Shown here piece after piece: positions 19,514-30,168 of a DNA stretch of 64,000 bases. This stretch comes from Trueperaceae bacterium. GTDB lineage: Bacteria > Deinococcota > Deinococci > Deinococcales > Trueperaceae. Position numbers and translations under genes: made by a program. Location: the NCBI GenBank assembly GCA_035703635.1, contig DASSXV010000074.1, forward strand, positions 1 through 64,000, written 5' to 3'. The notes beneath the pieces were generated by a model. The model had not been told where the DNA came from, did no database searches, and saw nothing but the letters and a program-made list of their open reading frames with translations. How positions within the stretch are numbered: position 1 is the stretch's first letter; every line of letters begins with the position of its first letter.

Positions 19514-21081
19514 AGGCGCACCAGGCGCAGGCTCTGGATGACGTCGCTAAGCCCGCCGAGGACGTCGATGACTTCGTCTGACGGCGCGCTGTCAAGCGTG
19601 ATCACGAACATGGCAAGGCCGTCTTCGCTGACGCGCGCCAGCTGCATGCTGTTGATGTTCACGCCCGCGTCTCCCAGCACCGTGCCAACGCGCCCGACGG
19701 CGCCCGGCCTGTCGTAGTTGGAGCAGACGAGCATGGCGCCTTCCGGGCGGATCTCGAGGTTGTAGCCGTCGATGCTCGTGATGCGCGGCTGCCCAGCCAG
19801 CACCGTGCCACCGACGCGCGTTGCTCCCTCCGCCGTGGTGACGGTGACGAGCACGTGTGAGGTGTAACCGTGGTCCTTGCTCGAAGTGACCTTGCTGACG
19901 CTGATGTCGCGGTCGCGCGCCAACGACGGTGCGTTGACGTAGCTTGGCGGCGTGTCGAGGAACGGCTCCATGAGGCCCTTGATGACGGCCGTGGCAACCG
20001 GGTCAGGGTCGAGGGGGAAGTCACCTGAGAACTCTACTTCGAGGGCGTGAACGCGGCCTTTGGCCAACTGCGCCGCCATCGCCCCGAGGCGCTCGCCGAG
20101 GGTGAGGTAGCCGCCTAGCGCGGCCATGACTTGCGGAGCTAGCGCCGGGGCGTTGACGATGCCGACCGAGTAGTCGCCCTTGAGCACGGCGAGGGTGCGG
20201 TCGAGGATCTGCGTGCCTACCCTGACCTGCGCTTCGCTCGTGTTGGCGCCAAGGTGAGCCGTGAGCACCACGTCATCGCGGCCGAGCAGCGGGTGGTCCG
20301 CGGTTGGCGGCTCGAGCACGAACACGTCGAGGCCAGCCGCGAAGAGCTTGCCGCTCTCCAACGCGGCCAGCAGCGCGTCTTCCTGCACGATGCCGCCGCG
20401 CGCCGCGTTCACGACGACTGCGCGCTCTGGCAGGGCGTCCAGCTCGCGCCGCCCGATGATGCCGCGCGTCTCGTCAGTGAGGGGGGTGTGCACCGTGAGG
20501 AAGTCGGAGCGCGCCAACATGGCGTGGAGGTCGTCGAACAGCTCGACTTTCAACTCTTCCGCGCGGCGCTGGTTGATGTATGGGTCGTACGCCGCCACCT
20601 TCATGCCTAGGCCCTGCGCGCGACGCGCGACGAGCGACCCGATGCGGCCCAACCCGACGACACCGAGGCGCGCGCCGTCTAGTTCGCGGCCGAGGTACGC
20701 GCGGTCCCACTCCCCGTTGCGCACGAGGCGGTCGGAGCGGGCCACGCCGCGGGCGGCGGCTAGCATGAGCGCGAGTGCGAGTTCCGCCGCCGAGACGTTG
20801 TTGGCGTCCGGTGCGTTCACGACGAGGATGTCGCGACGGCTGGCGGCGTCCAGGTCGATGTTGTCAACGCCCACGCCGCCGCGCCCAACGACTTTGAGGT
20901 GAGTGGCGGCGGCGAGGAGTTCATCGTCGACTTGCGTGCGGCTTCTAGTGATGATGGCGTCGTACTCACCGACGACCGCGAGTAGGTCCGCGCGGCTGAT
21001 GCCGGCACGGTCGTCGACCGTGACAGTAGGGTCGCTCACGGTGCCGAGTTGGATGGAGTCGGTGACGAGGATTCGCGTCAT
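19510..21081 (-). CDS. serA: D-3-phosphoglycerate dehydrogenase (with ASB/ACT domains)
   Basis: RGGVGVDNID, GLGRIG, NAARGG, AHLGA and C-terminal DRPG ACT motif. Confidence 0.94.
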   Translation of the reverse strand: MTRILVTDSIQLGTVSDPTVTVDDRAGISRADLLAVVGEYDAIITRSRTQVDDELLAAATHLKVVGRGGVGVDNIDLDAASRRDILVVNAPDANNVSAAELALALMLAAARGVARSDRLVRNGEWDRAYLGRELDGARLGVVGLGRIGSLVARRAQGLGMKVAAYDPYINQRRAEELKVELFDDLHAMLARSDFLTVHTPLTDETRGIIGRRELDALPERAVVVNAARGGIVQEDALLAALESGKLFAAGLDVFVLEPPTADHPLLGRDDVVLTAHLGANTSEAQVRVGTQILDRTLAVLKGDYSVGIVNAPALAPQVMAALGGYLTLGERLGAMAAQLAKGRVHALEVEFSGDFPLDPDPVATAVIKGLMEPFLDTPPSYVNAPSLARDRDISVSKVTSSKDHGYTSHVLVTVTTAEGATRVGGTVLAGQPRITSIDGYNLEIRPEGAMLVCSNYDRPGAVGRVGTVLGDAGVNINSMQLARVSEDGLAMFVITLDSAPSDEVIDVLGGLSDVIQSLRLVRL

Positions 21082-21171
21082 AAAGCGAAACTGTAGCACC
21101 CGCCGGGCGCTAGGGCGGCACAGGCCGGACGCTCGTCATGGTGGCGCTCACGCGCCATACTCTCGTGCCGT

Positions 21172-22104
21172 TCAGCGCACGAAGCCCGTGACGCTCCAGC
21201 CGCCCGGTACCGGGAAGCTGTCGACCCCGAGGACATCCATGAACAGTTCGCCGTCCAGTCTTACGAGGGTCGTGTAGCCGCCGAGGGCCGCCTCGAGCGC
21301 CACGCGCGCGTCGTCCGTCAGCTCGTGAAGGTTCGGGTAGAAGAGGATGTCGATCCGCGAACTCTGACCGGCGGCTAGCGGCACTGGGCTCATGTCTTCC
21401 GTCGCCATCGGCCAGTTGCCGAGGGTGAGGCCCAAGTCCTTGCCGTAGAGGAAGTAGCCGATGTCGCCTGGGTTCACGGCCTGCAGCACTAACTGCACGA
21501 CGGGGACGTCGGGGCGGAGCATGAACACCTTGCTGTCTGCTTCCGAGAGCCGCAGCACCGGCCCCTGCACCGTTTGGCGCGCCAACGTGGCGCCACTTAC
21601 GATGACCTTGTTGCGGGTCTCGTATACGTGCGTTGCCGTAGCGAAGCGCATGGTGCCCTCCACCTTGAACTGCAGTGGACGGTCAGCGAACGCTCGCGCC
21701 GCGGCCTTGAGGAGGTCGGCTTGCCCAGCGAGGCTGGTGGCGATGTCGAAGCGGACTGGGGCGGTGGCTGCCGCCTCCAGGTAGATGTCTGGGGTCATGG
21801 CGCCACGCGCGACGGACTTGCCCTCGAGGAAGACGACGTAGTTGATGGTCTCGAGGCGCACGCCGAACTCGTTAGGGTTGCGCGCCAAGGTGCCAACGGT
21901 TAGTTCGAGGCGTCCGCCGGCACCGGGCGGGTCGAAGCGTTCGATGCTCGTCTGACCAGACACTAGTTCGAGGTCGACGGGCAGCGTCGTACCGATGGCC
22001 TCGACCGTGCGCACCTCCGTGCGTGGAGCACAAGCGGCAAGCACCGCCACGAGTAGCAGCAGTAGGAGAGCGGCGCGAGTAGCGCGTTGGCGTTCAGGTG
22101 CCAC
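21172..22104 (-). CDS. Lipoprotein with two LEA type 2 (WHy)-like domains
   Basis: LAAC lipobox; repeated NPN/NPG beta-sandwich motifs. Confidence 0.65.
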   Translation of the reverse strand: MAPERQRATRAALLLLLLVAVLAACAPRTEVRTVEAIGTTLPVDLELVSGQTSIERFDPPGAGGRLELTVGTLARNPNEFGVRLETINYVVFLEGKSVARGAMTPDIYLEAAATAPVRFDIATSLAGQADLLKAAARAFADRPLQFKVEGTMRFATATHVYETRNKVIVSGATLARQTVQGPVLRLSEADSKVFMLRPDVPVVQLVLQAVNPGDIGYFLYGKDLGLTLGNWPMATEDMSPVPLAAGQSSRIDILFYPNLHELTDDARVALEAALGGYTTLVRLDGELFMDVLGVDSFPVPGGWSVTGFVR

Positions 22105-22116
22105 GAGGTGAGTCTA

Positions 22117-22599
22117 CTATCCAGACCGCTCCGTTACCTGCTGCGCGCTCGCGGCGGCCCGCGGCGCGAACGGCAGCAAGACGGCGGCTGCGAACAGGGT
22201 GGCTAGGGCGTAAACGGCGCCCGCCACGGCGTCCGGGGCGTACGCGAGGTTCTCCCATGACGGGGTGAGGGCGAGGGTGGCGAGGAAGAAGTAGACGAGC
22301 GCGGCCGCGAGCGGCGCGAGTGGCACGAGCCAGGGTCGCGTGGTGGTCCAGGTGCGCGCCAGCAGCGCCGCCACCACCAGCAACACGAGCGTGATGGCGG
22401 CGAACACGAGCATAGGAACGCTGCCTACCCCTGCCCTGACCGCCAGCACCAGCAGGTAGCCGGCGTGCACCGCCAAAGGCAGTAGCGCCAGCGCCGCGAC
22501 TAGCGAGAAGCGCTTGCGGCCTAGGCTTACGCGCAGCAGCACGCCGAGCAGCGCACCCAACAGCACAGCGAAGAACCCGAAGCGCACGAGCAACCTCAC
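22117..22599 (-). CDS. Hypothetical multi-pass membrane protein
   Basis: About five hydrophobic segments; fills the gap between co-oriented genes. Confidence 0.65.
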   Translation of the reverse strand: MRLLVRFGFFAVLLGALLGVLLRVSLGRKRFSLVAALALLPLAVHAGYLLVLAVRAGVGSVPMLVFAAITLVLLVVAALLARTWTTTRPWLVPLAPLAAALVYFFLATLALTPSWENLAYAPDAVAGAVYALATLFAAAVLLPFAPRAAASAQQVTERSG

Positions 22600-22674
22600 G
22601 CTACGACCACCTCCCTGAGAACCCGCCCTGGCTGGTTGGCGCCCCGGGCTGGTTGCCAGCGTAAGCGAACAACG

Positions 22675-24738
22675 TCAGATGATCTCACGCACCATCACCG
22701 CCCTGCTGCGGCGCCGCAACTCGACGACGAGGCGCGCGGCCCACGGCGCCGTCAGTTCGGGATCGGCAGCCAACATGCGCTCGGCTAGCGCCCGGGCGGC
22801 CTCGATGATCTCGCCGTCGTTGACGACGTCTCCGATGGTGAGTTCCGGCAGTCCGGACTGGCGCGTGCCGCGGATGTCGCCAGGGCCGCGCAGGCGCAAG
22901 TCGAGTTCGGCGATCGTGAAGCCATCGGCATGCTTGACGAGGGCGCCGAGCCGCTCGCGGGTCTTACGACTGGCGTCGCCTGCTACCAGCACGCAGTGAC
23001 TCGCGTGCGCGCCCCTGCCAACGCGGCCCCGTAGCTGGTGGAGTTGCGCCAGACCGAAGCGCTCGGCGTTCTCGATGACCATCACGGTGGCGTTGGGTAC
23101 GTCCACCCCGACTTCGATGACGGTGGTCGAGACGAGCACGTCGAGCTCGTGGCGCCGGAACGCCGCCATGACGGCGTCCTTGTCCGCGCCAGCCAAGCGC
23201 CCGTGCAGCAGGCCGATGCGCGCCGCGCTCGGCAGAATCTGGCGCAAGTCGGCCTCGAGGCTCGTGGCGGCCAGCACCTCGTCGAGCGCCTCCGACTCCT
23301 CGATGAGGGGCGTCACGACGTACACTTGGCGCCCCTCCTTAACCTGCTCCCACGCGAAGCGGTAAACCTCGAGGCGCTTGGTGGCTGGCACGAGGGCCGT
23401 CTTGACCGCCACCCTGCCTGGCGGCAGGCCAGCGATGGTGGTGAGGTCCAGGTCGCCATAACTAGTCAGGGCGAGCGACCGCGGGATCGGCGTTGCGCTC
23501 ATGACGAGCACGTCTGGCAGGTCTTTTATGAGGCTGCGGCGCTGCTCGACCCCGAAGCGGTGCTCCTCGTCGATGACGGCCAGGCCAAGGTCCGCGAACG
23601 CCACGCCTTCTTGGATGAGCGCCTGCGTGCCAACGACGAAGTCGGCCTCGCCAGAGGCCAGGCGCTCCCGCGCCGCCCGCCGCTCCCCTGCCGTCAAGGT
23701 GCCCGTGAGGAGTTCCATGCGCACGCCGAGCGGGAAGAGGTACTGCTGCAGGTTGAGGAAGTGCTGCCTAGCGAGTATCTCCGTCGGCGCCATCAACGCG
23801 GCTTGAGCGCCGTTGCGCACCACTATGTAGATGGCGGCGGCGGCTACGGCCGTCTTGCCAGAGCCGACGTCGCCTTGCAGCAGCCTCGCCATCTGCCGCG
23901 GGGCCGTCAAGTCCGCGAGGATCTCCTGCAGGGCGCTCTCCTGGTGTTCAGTGAGGGAGAACGGCAGGAAGGCCTTGAAGTCGTCGAGGTACTCCTGCCT
24001 AGCCTCGAAGCTGCGCGCCACGCGGCCAGGGTCGCGGCTGCGCAGGAGGGCGAGTTGCAAGAAGAGGAAGTCATCGAACTTCAGGCGCCGCAGGGCGGCG
24101 GCGAGCGCCTCCTCTGACTCAGGGAAGTGACCAGCGCGCATGGCGCGGTCGAGCGACACGAGGTCGTTGGCCTCGAGGATGGAGCGCTGCAAGTAGTCAG
24201 GCAGGGTCGGCAGCGCGTCGAGCAGCCGCTTGGCGGCGCGGCGCAGGTAGGCCTGGCTGAGGCCCTGCGTGGTCGGGTAGATGCCGACGATGCGGTTGAA
24301 GGAGAGCGATTCGCTGTCGTCGTCGACCTCGAACCCTTGCACGGCCAGCTCGAGCCGACTGCCTTGGCGTTTCACGCGGCCTGACAGGATGAGCCGCACG
24401 CCAGGAAAGACCTGCTTCTCGAGCCACGGTTGGTTGAACCACACCGCCGTCAGGCGCTGCCCGCGGCCGTCGGTCATGCCGGCGCGGAAGACGTGCAGTC
24501 CGCGGCGTGAGCGGTTGCCTACGCGGCTCATGACCGTGCCTGACACGGTCGCCGTCTCGCCATCGACCAGGTTGCCGAAGTCCGGCAGCGCGCGCCTGTC
24601 CTCGTAGCGCCGCGGTAGGTGCCCGAGGACGTCGCGGTAGCTGGTCAGCCCGACCGCTGCGAGTTTAGTGGGGGCCTGCGCACCGAGGTCGACCGTCTTC
24701 GCGGTCAGTGGTGCGTCCAGGTCGAGGGTCGTGCTCAT
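22675..24738 (-). CDS. recG: ATP-dependent DNA helicase RecG
   Basis: [32 protein letters not shown] and QLRGRVGRG motifs. Confidence 0.96.
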   Translation of the reverse strand: MSTTLDLDAPLTAKTVDLGAQAPTKLAAVGLTSYRDVLGHLPRRYEDRRALPDFGNLVDGETATVSGTVMSRVGNRSRRGLHVFRAGMTDGRGQRLTAVWFNQPWLEKQVFPGVRLILSGRVKRQGSRLELAVQGFEVDDDSESLSFNRIVGIYPTTQGLSQAYLRRAAKRLLDALPTLPDYLQRSILEANDLVSLDRAMRAGHFPESEEALAAALRRLKFDDFLFLQLALLRSRDPGRVARSFEARQEYLDDFKAFLPFSLTEHQESALQEILADLTAPRQMARLLQGDVGSGKTAVAAAAIYIVVRNGAQAALMAPTEILARQHFLNLQQYLFPLGVRMELLTGTLTAGERRAARERLASGEADFVVGTQALIQEGVAFADLGLAVIDEEHRFGVEQRRSLIKDLPDVLVMSATPIPRSLALTSYGDLDLTTIAGLPPGRVAVKTALVPATKRLEVYRFAWEQVKEGRQVYVVTPLIEESEALDEVLAATSLEADLRQILPSAARIGLLHGRLAGADKDAVMAAFRRHELDVLVSTTVIEVGVDVPNATVMVIENAERFGLAQLHQLRGRVGRGAHASHCVLVAGDASRKTRERLGALVKHADGFTIAELDLRLRGPGDIRGTRQSGLPELTIGDVVNDGEIIEAARALAERMLAADPELTAPWAARLVVELRRRSRAVMVREII

Positions 24739-24892
24739 GCACGGCAAGTCTACGCCGCGAGCTAACCTCTTCTTAACTGACGGGCAACCGCGAGCGAGCG
24801 GCGGTTGCGCCCACTAGCTGCTCACGCTTATGCTCGCAGGGACAGTAAAACTGCTGGCGCGCAGCGGCGCGCTCACCTGCGGAGGTAATCAC

Positions 24893-25651
24893 ATGTTGCG
24901 CATCTTTTCGACCTTGCTCGCCCTAGTCGTGGCCGGCTCGCTGGCGTTCGCTCAGGCTCCTGACCTCGGTGGCCGTACCATCGTGGTCGGCTCGGACACC
25001 ACCTACCCGCCGTTCGAAACCGTCGACCAGTCCGGCAACATCGTCGGCTTCGACATCGACGTCGTCAACGCCATCTGCGAGCGCATCAACTGCGTCGCGC
25101 AGTTCCAGACCACCGCTTGGGACGGCATCTTCGCCGCCCTCGCGAACGGCGAGTTCGACATGATCGCTTCGGGCATCAGCATCACCGCTGAGCGCGCCAA
25201 GGTCGTGGAGTTCACCGAGCCGTACCACGAGGTCAACCAGGCCGTCGCCGTGCGCACCGCGGACTCCGACCTCACCCTCGCCGACTTCACGGGCGGCTCG
25301 CTCATCCTCGGGGCCCAGAACGGCACCACGAACGCGGACCTCGCCCTCGAACTCGTCGGCCGTGACCGCACGCGCATCTACGACGACTTCAACGCCGCCA
25401 TCTTGGCGCTCATCAACGGCGACGTCGACGGCGTCATGATCGACGACACCTCGGCAGACGCCTTCGTTCAGCAGTACGCCGGCCAGATCGCCGCGCCCAT
25501 CCGCAACGTGGAATCCGGCGACAAGCTCGGGTTCGCCGTGCAGCAGGGCAACGAGTTGGTCGACGCGCTCAACGCTGGCATCGAGATGATCAAGGCCGAC
25601 GGCACCCTCGCGGAGCTTGGCGCCAAGTGGTTCTCGGGCGAAGAACAGTAA
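24893..25651 (+). CDS. Polar amino acid ABC transporter substrate-binding protein (family 3)
   Basis: GGAGG RBS, signal peptide, YPPFE, GFDID and ITAER motifs. Confidence 0.92.
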   Translation: MLRIFSTLLALVVAGSLAFAQAPDLGGRTIVVGSDTTYPPFETVDQSGNIVGFDIDVVNAICERINCVAQFQTTAWDGIFAALANGEFDMIASGISITAERAKVVEFTEPYHEVNQAVAVRTADSDLTLADFTGGSLILGAQNGTTNADLALELVGRDRTRIYDDFNAAILALINGDVDGVMIDDTSADAFVQQYAGQIAAPIRNVESGDKLGFAVQQGNELVDALNAGIEMIKADGTLAELGAKWFSGEEQ

Positions 25652-25716
25652 CGGCCTAATCGGAGCTAGGCGATGCATCGTCGGCGGTCCAAGGCCGTCC
25701 GCTTCGGCAGGAGTAA

Positions 25717-26907
25717 ATGAGCGCGCGGCGTGCGGCGCTACGCCGCGGCGTCCTAGGTCGCATTCGACCGAGTTATCTCATCCTGCTAACGGCGCTGCCG
25801 TTCGTCGTCTACCTCTTCGCGTCCTCTGAGCGCTACCAAGCCGCTCTCAAGTTCCTACTCCCTGGCGTCGGCACGACGGTGCTCGTCACCGTCGTCGCTT
25901 ACCTGGCCGCTTCGGCTCTTGGCTTGCTACTTGCTGGCTTGCAGCTCCTGCGCTTAGGCGACCACACGTTACGCAACTTCCTAATCGGCTCGGCGGCCCT
26001 CCTCGTGGGGGCCGCCGCCGTGTTCGCCCTCCCCAAGGAGCAGTTCGTGCTGATCGGTTCGCCGGAGGGGCGGCTCGCCATAGTGCAGGGCACGCCGACT
26101 AGCGCGACCGATCCCGCCAAGCTCGGCACCTACCCTGGTGCGGTTGGCCCGCAGTCGGTGCGCGCCGTAACCGACTCCGCCACCGCCCTCGACCGCTTGG
26201 CGACCGGCCAAGTGAGCTCCGCGCTCATACCCAGCGCCGACGTGCCAGCAGGCGCGAACGTGCTGTGGAGCACGTCGTTCCTCGCCCCCGCCCTCAAGCG
26301 GCCCGCCATGCTCATGCTCGTCTTGGGGGTCCTGGGGCTGGCGTTGACTTTCGCTGCTTGGCAGAGCGAACACCACCCTCTGCGCCTCCTGTCTGAGCTC
26401 TACGTCGACGTGCTGCGCGGCATTCCCATGCTGGTGGTGATCTTGTACGTGGGCTTCCCCTTGCAGGGCGCCATTCGCGACGCCACGGGCGGCTTCATCG
26501 ACATGTCGCGGGTCACGCGCGGCATCGTCGGCATCAGCCTCGGTTACGCGGCCTACATGGCCGAGATCTTCCGGGCGGGCATCGAGGCCATCGGCCGCGG
26601 CCAATCCGAAGCCGCGCGCAGCTTGGGCCTCTCGACCTGGCAGACCGCGAGGTTCGTCGTGCTGCCGCAGGCCCTGCGCATCGTGGTGCCGCCGCTCGGT
26701 AACGAGTTCATCGCCATGCTCAAGGACACCTCGCTCCTCTCGGTGCTCTCCGTGCGCGACATCACTCAGCGCGCCCGCGAGTTCCAGGCGGCGAACTTCG
26801 AGGTCTTCCCGCCGTTCAACACGGTGGCCCTGCTCTACATCATCCTGACCTTGATGGCGTCATCGGTCGCGAAGTCCGTCGAGCGCAGGACGAGCTGGAC
26901 GCGCTAG
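25717..26907 (+). CDS. Polar amino acid ABC transporter permease with a large inserted loop
   Basis: RGIPMLV, AYMAEIFRAGI, EAARSLG and KDTSL motifs. Confidence 0.9.
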   Translation: MSARRAALRRGVLGRIRPSYLILLTALPFVVYLFASSERYQAALKFLLPGVGTTVLVTVVAYLAASALGLLLAGLQLLRLGDHTLRNFLIGSAALLVGAAAVFALPKEQFVLIGSPEGRLAIVQGTPTSATDPAKLGTYPGAVGPQSVRAVTDSATALDRLATGQVSSALIPSADVPAGANVLWSTSFLAPALKRPAMLMLVLGVLGLALTFAAWQSEHHPLRLLSELYVDVLRGIPMLVVILYVGFPLQGAIRDATGGFIDMSRVTRGIVGISLGYAAYMAEIFRAGIEAIGRGQSEAARSLGLSTWQTARFVVLPQALRIVVPPLGNEFIAMLKDTSLLSVLSVRDITQRAREFQAANFEVFPPFNTVALLYIILTLMASSVAKSVERRTSWTR

Positions 26908-26937
26908 GAGCCGTCCGGGCGCCTGTTACACTCACCC

Positions 26938-28044
26938 ATGTCTGAGAACCCCGTGGCGCACGTCGACCTCGGAAAGTTGGCGCAGAACCTCGCGTTCGTG
27001 AGGGAGAGCGTTGCACCGGCCGTCAAGACCATGGCCATGGTCAAGGCCGACGGTTACGGCCACGGCCTGCCTGCAGTAGCCAAGCGCCTGGCTGCCGGCG
27101 GCGTGCAGTGGTTCGGGGTGGCTACCCCTGGCGAGGCTCGCGCCCTTCGCGCGGCCGGGCTGGGCAACGAGATACTGCTGTTGAGCCCCGTTCGAGACAG
27201 AACCACGATCACGGAACTCTGCGACCTCGGCGTTGCGCTGGTAGCGACAGACGAGGCCTCGGTCGACGCCTACCTGGCCGCCGACCTGCCGCGAACGTTG
27301 CGCCTCCACCTCAAGGTCGACACTGGCATGGGCCGGCTTGGCCTGCCGTGGAGCCAGACGGCCGAAGTCGCCGTCAAGATCCTCGACGGGCACGACCTCG
27401 AGCTGCAGGGGGTGTGGACGCACTTCTCAGACTCCGACGCCGCTTCGCGCAGCGCCACCCTCGCGCAGATCGAGGCGTTCGAGTTGGCGCTGCGGGAGCT
27501 GGCGCGGCACTACATCCAGGTGCCGCTGCGGCACGTGGCGAACTCGGCGGCCATCTTCGCCTACCCGGAAGCGCATTACGACATGGTGCGGCCTGGCATC
27601 GTGCTTTACGGTTACCACTCGAGCGACATGATCGCGGCCATGGAGCCGCGCGTCACGCCCGTCATGCGCTTTAGCGCACCCATCACGTTCGTGAAGCGCG
27701 TAGCTGCCGGAACGACGGTGTCGTACGGGGCGCTTTGGCAGGCGCCGCACACCACGCAGGTGGCCACGGTGCGGCTCGGTTACGCAGACGGTTACCCGCG
27801 CCTCCTCACCGGCCTGGGTTGGGCGAGTGTGAACGGCGTCCGCTGCCCTGTGATCGGGCGCGTGTGCATGGACCAGCTCCTGCTCGACGTCGGAGCTGCC
27901 GGGCCGGTCGCTGCTGGCGATCGCGCCACCATGTGGGGCGGCTCCGGGCCGGACGCCGAGGAGTTGGCGCGCAGCATCAACACCGTGTCGTACGAACTGC
28001 TGACCCGGCTGATGCCGCGCGTAGAGCGCGTCTACTCGAACTGA
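26938..28044 (+). CDS. alr: Alanine racemase
   Basis: VKADGYGHG, KVDTGMGRLG, GYADG and GRVCMD motifs. Confidence 0.96.
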   Translation: MSENPVAHVDLGKLAQNLAFVRESVAPAVKTMAMVKADGYGHGLPAVAKRLAAGGVQWFGVATPGEARALRAAGLGNEILLLSPVRDRTTITELCDLGVALVATDEASVDAYLAADLPRTLRLHLKVDTGMGRLGLPWSQTAEVAVKILDGHDLELQGVWTHFSDSDAASRSATLAQIEAFELALRELARHYIQVPLRHVANSAAIFAYPEAHYDMVRPGIVLYGYHSSDMIAAMEPRVTPVMRFSAPITFVKRVAAGTTVSYGALWQAPHTTQVATVRLGYADGYPRLLTGLGWASVNGVRCPVIGRVCMDQLLLDVGAAGPVAAGDRATMWGGSGPDAEELARSINTVSYELLTRLMPRVERVYSN

Positions 28045-28050
28045 CGCGAC

Positions 28051-29478
28051 CTAGCCTTCCACCCGCTCGGGTTCCACCGGCGGCGCAGGTTCGCTGATGG
28101 GGCTGGCGACCACGCTGATCACGCGGCGTTCGTCGGCCTGCTCGACCTCGAAGCGCATTCCCTGAAGGGTGACTTCCTCACCCGCCTGCGGGATGTGGTC
28201 GAGTTGGTCGATGAGGAAACCCGCGAGCGTGTCGTAATCGCCGTTCGGGTCGAACTCTAGCTTGAGCTTCGCGGCGATGGTCTCGATGTGCGTTCCGCCC
28301 TGCAGTTGGAACTTGCCTTCGCCCAAGTCGACGATGTCCTCTACTTCATCCTCGTCGGTCTCGTCGTAGATCTCGCCGGTGATCTCCTCGATGATGTCCT
28401 CGAGGGTGACCACGCCGGAGGTGCCGCCGAACTCGTCGACGACGACGGCCATGTGGTTCTTGCGCTGGCGCATCTCGCGCAGGAGGCTGAGTACGGAGAG
28501 CGTCTCAGGCACGTACTGGACGGCAGTCATGAGGTCGCTGACCTTGGTGGTGGCGAGGGCCTCCAGTTGGCCGAGGTAAGGGAGCAGGTCGCGGGCGTAG
28601 ATCATGCCCTTGATGTCGTCGACGCCCTCGCCGTAAACGGGGAGGCGGCTGTAGCCGTGCTCGGTGACGAGGGCCTGGAGCTCCTTGAGCCCCGCGTCGC
28701 CGCTGATGCCGACCACGTCAACGCGCGGGGTCATGACTTCGCGGACGACCGTCTCTTCGAGGTCTATGACGCCCTTGATCATGGCTTGCTCTTGCGCCTC
28801 GATGACGCCGGATTCCTCCGCGCTCTGCAGCATGTGCCGCAGCTCGACTTCCGACATGAGGGCGGCGCGCGTCGGCTCGATGCGGAAGACGCGCAGGAAC
28901 TGCCCGGTCAACCAGTTGAACGCCAACCCGAGCGGGTAGAGCACGATCGAGAGGGCGTACACGGGCCGCAGCACGAACTTCGTGACGCGCACCGGGTCGT
29001 GCGCGGCGATGGACTTCGGCGCCAACTCGCAGAACAAGAGGATGACGATAGAAGCGACGGTGATGGCCAACGCCACGGCGCCAACCTGGCCGATGCCCAT
29101 GGCGCTGGCGTTCAGCAGGAAGAAGTCGAGGACGAGGGCAGCGATGGCGGCGTTGACGGCCGTGTTGCCGATGAGCAGGGTGGTTATGAAGCGGGCGGGG
29201 TTGCGCTCTAGGAGCGCCGTCGCGCCGGTCGGCACGTCGCCTTCCTCACGCAAGCGCCTGAGCTTCCAGTCGCCCGCCATCGTGAGCGCCGTGTGCGCGG
29301 TCGAGAGGAAAGCGGAGGCCGCGAGCAGCAGCACGAGCCCGACGATCTGCAGCGCGGTTACGCCCGCCGCGCCAGTCGCGGGCGCCTGCGCCATGACGAC
29401 GCTAGAGAGGGTTAAGACTAAGAGGAGGGGTAAGCCGCGCCGTAAGCGCGATGATCGTTCCGGAGGGTTGTCTTCCAT
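28051..29478 (-). CDS. Hemolysin/CNNM family protein (DUF21-CBS-CBS-CorC)
   Basis: TLLIGN, ELAPK, VMTPR, SRLPVY and VDEFGGTSG motifs. Confidence 0.92.
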   Translation of the reverse strand: MEDNPPERSSRLRRGLPLLLVLTLSSVVMAQAPATGAAGVTALQIVGLVLLLAASAFLSTAHTALTMAGDWKLRRLREEGDVPTGATALLERNPARFITTLLIGNTAVNAAIAALVLDFFLLNASAMGIGQVGAVALAITVASIVILLFCELAPKSIAAHDPVRVTKFVLRPVYALSIVLYPLGLAFNWLTGQFLRVFRIEPTRAALMSEVELRHMLQSAEESGVIEAQEQAMIKGVIDLEETVVREVMTPRVDVVGISGDAGLKELQALVTEHGYSRLPVYGEGVDDIKGMIYARDLLPYLGQLEALATTKVSDLMTAVQYVPETLSVLSLLREMRQRKNHMAVVVDEFGGTSGVVTLEDIIEEITGEIYDETDEDEVEDIVDLGEGKFQLQGGTHIETIAAKLKLEFDPNGDYDTLAGFLIDQLDHIPQAGEEVTLQGMRFEVEQADERRVISVVASPISEPAPPVEPERVEG

Positions 29479-29562
29479 CGGTTCCGGGGATTGTAGCACG
29501 GCCAAGCCGACCAGCAGAACGCAGCGGACGACCGTTGTAAGTGCGCGGTATGCTCCGCCAGA

Positions 29563-30168
29563 GTGATGGCAACCATAGTCGTTGAAGGTCCCATCGGTGT
29601 TGGCAAGACGAGCCTAGCGCGCTACCTAGCGGACGATCTGGGGGCGCGGCTACTGGTCGAGGTGGTCGAGGAGAACCCGTTTCTCGCGCACTTCTACGAG
29701 GAGCCGGCGCGTTACGCGTTTCAGACGGAGACGTTCTTCCTCCTGTCGCGCTTCAGGCAGCATTCGGAGTTGGCGCAGGCGCCGCTCTTTCAGACGCACA
29801 CGGTAGCCGATTACGTGTTCGACAAGACGTTCCTGTTCGCGTCGTTGACGCTTACCGGTGACGAGTTCGAGCTGTACCGCGAGCTGTTCGAGCAGCTCAG
29901 GTCGCGTCTCCCCCTCCCGGATCTGGTGGTGTACTTGCGGGCGCAGCCGGAAGTGCTGCTCGAGCGCATCGCCAAGCGCGGCAGGCCGTTCGAGACGGAG
30001 ATAGCCGCCGATTACCTAGAGCGCATAACTGCCGCGTACGACGAGTTCTTCAGCCGCTGGCACACTCCCGTCAAGGTCATCGACGCCGGGGCCATAGATT
30101 TCGTCGGCAACGAGGACGAGCGGCTGGAACTGCTAACGCAGATCCGCACGTGGGCGGGCGCGAGATGA
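29563..30168 (+). CDS. Deoxynucleoside kinase
   Basis: EGPIGVGKTS, ENPFL and PDLVVYL motifs. Confidence 0.92.
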   Translation: MMATIVVEGPIGVGKTSLARYLADDLGARLLVEVVEENPFLAHFYEEPARYAFQTETFFLLSRFRQHSELAQAPLFQTHTVADYVFDKTFLFASLTLTGDEFELYRELFEQLRSRLPLPDLVVYLRAQPEVLLERIAKRGRPFETEIAADYLERITAAYDEFFSRWHTPVKVIDAGAIDFVGNEDERLELLTQIRTWAGAR

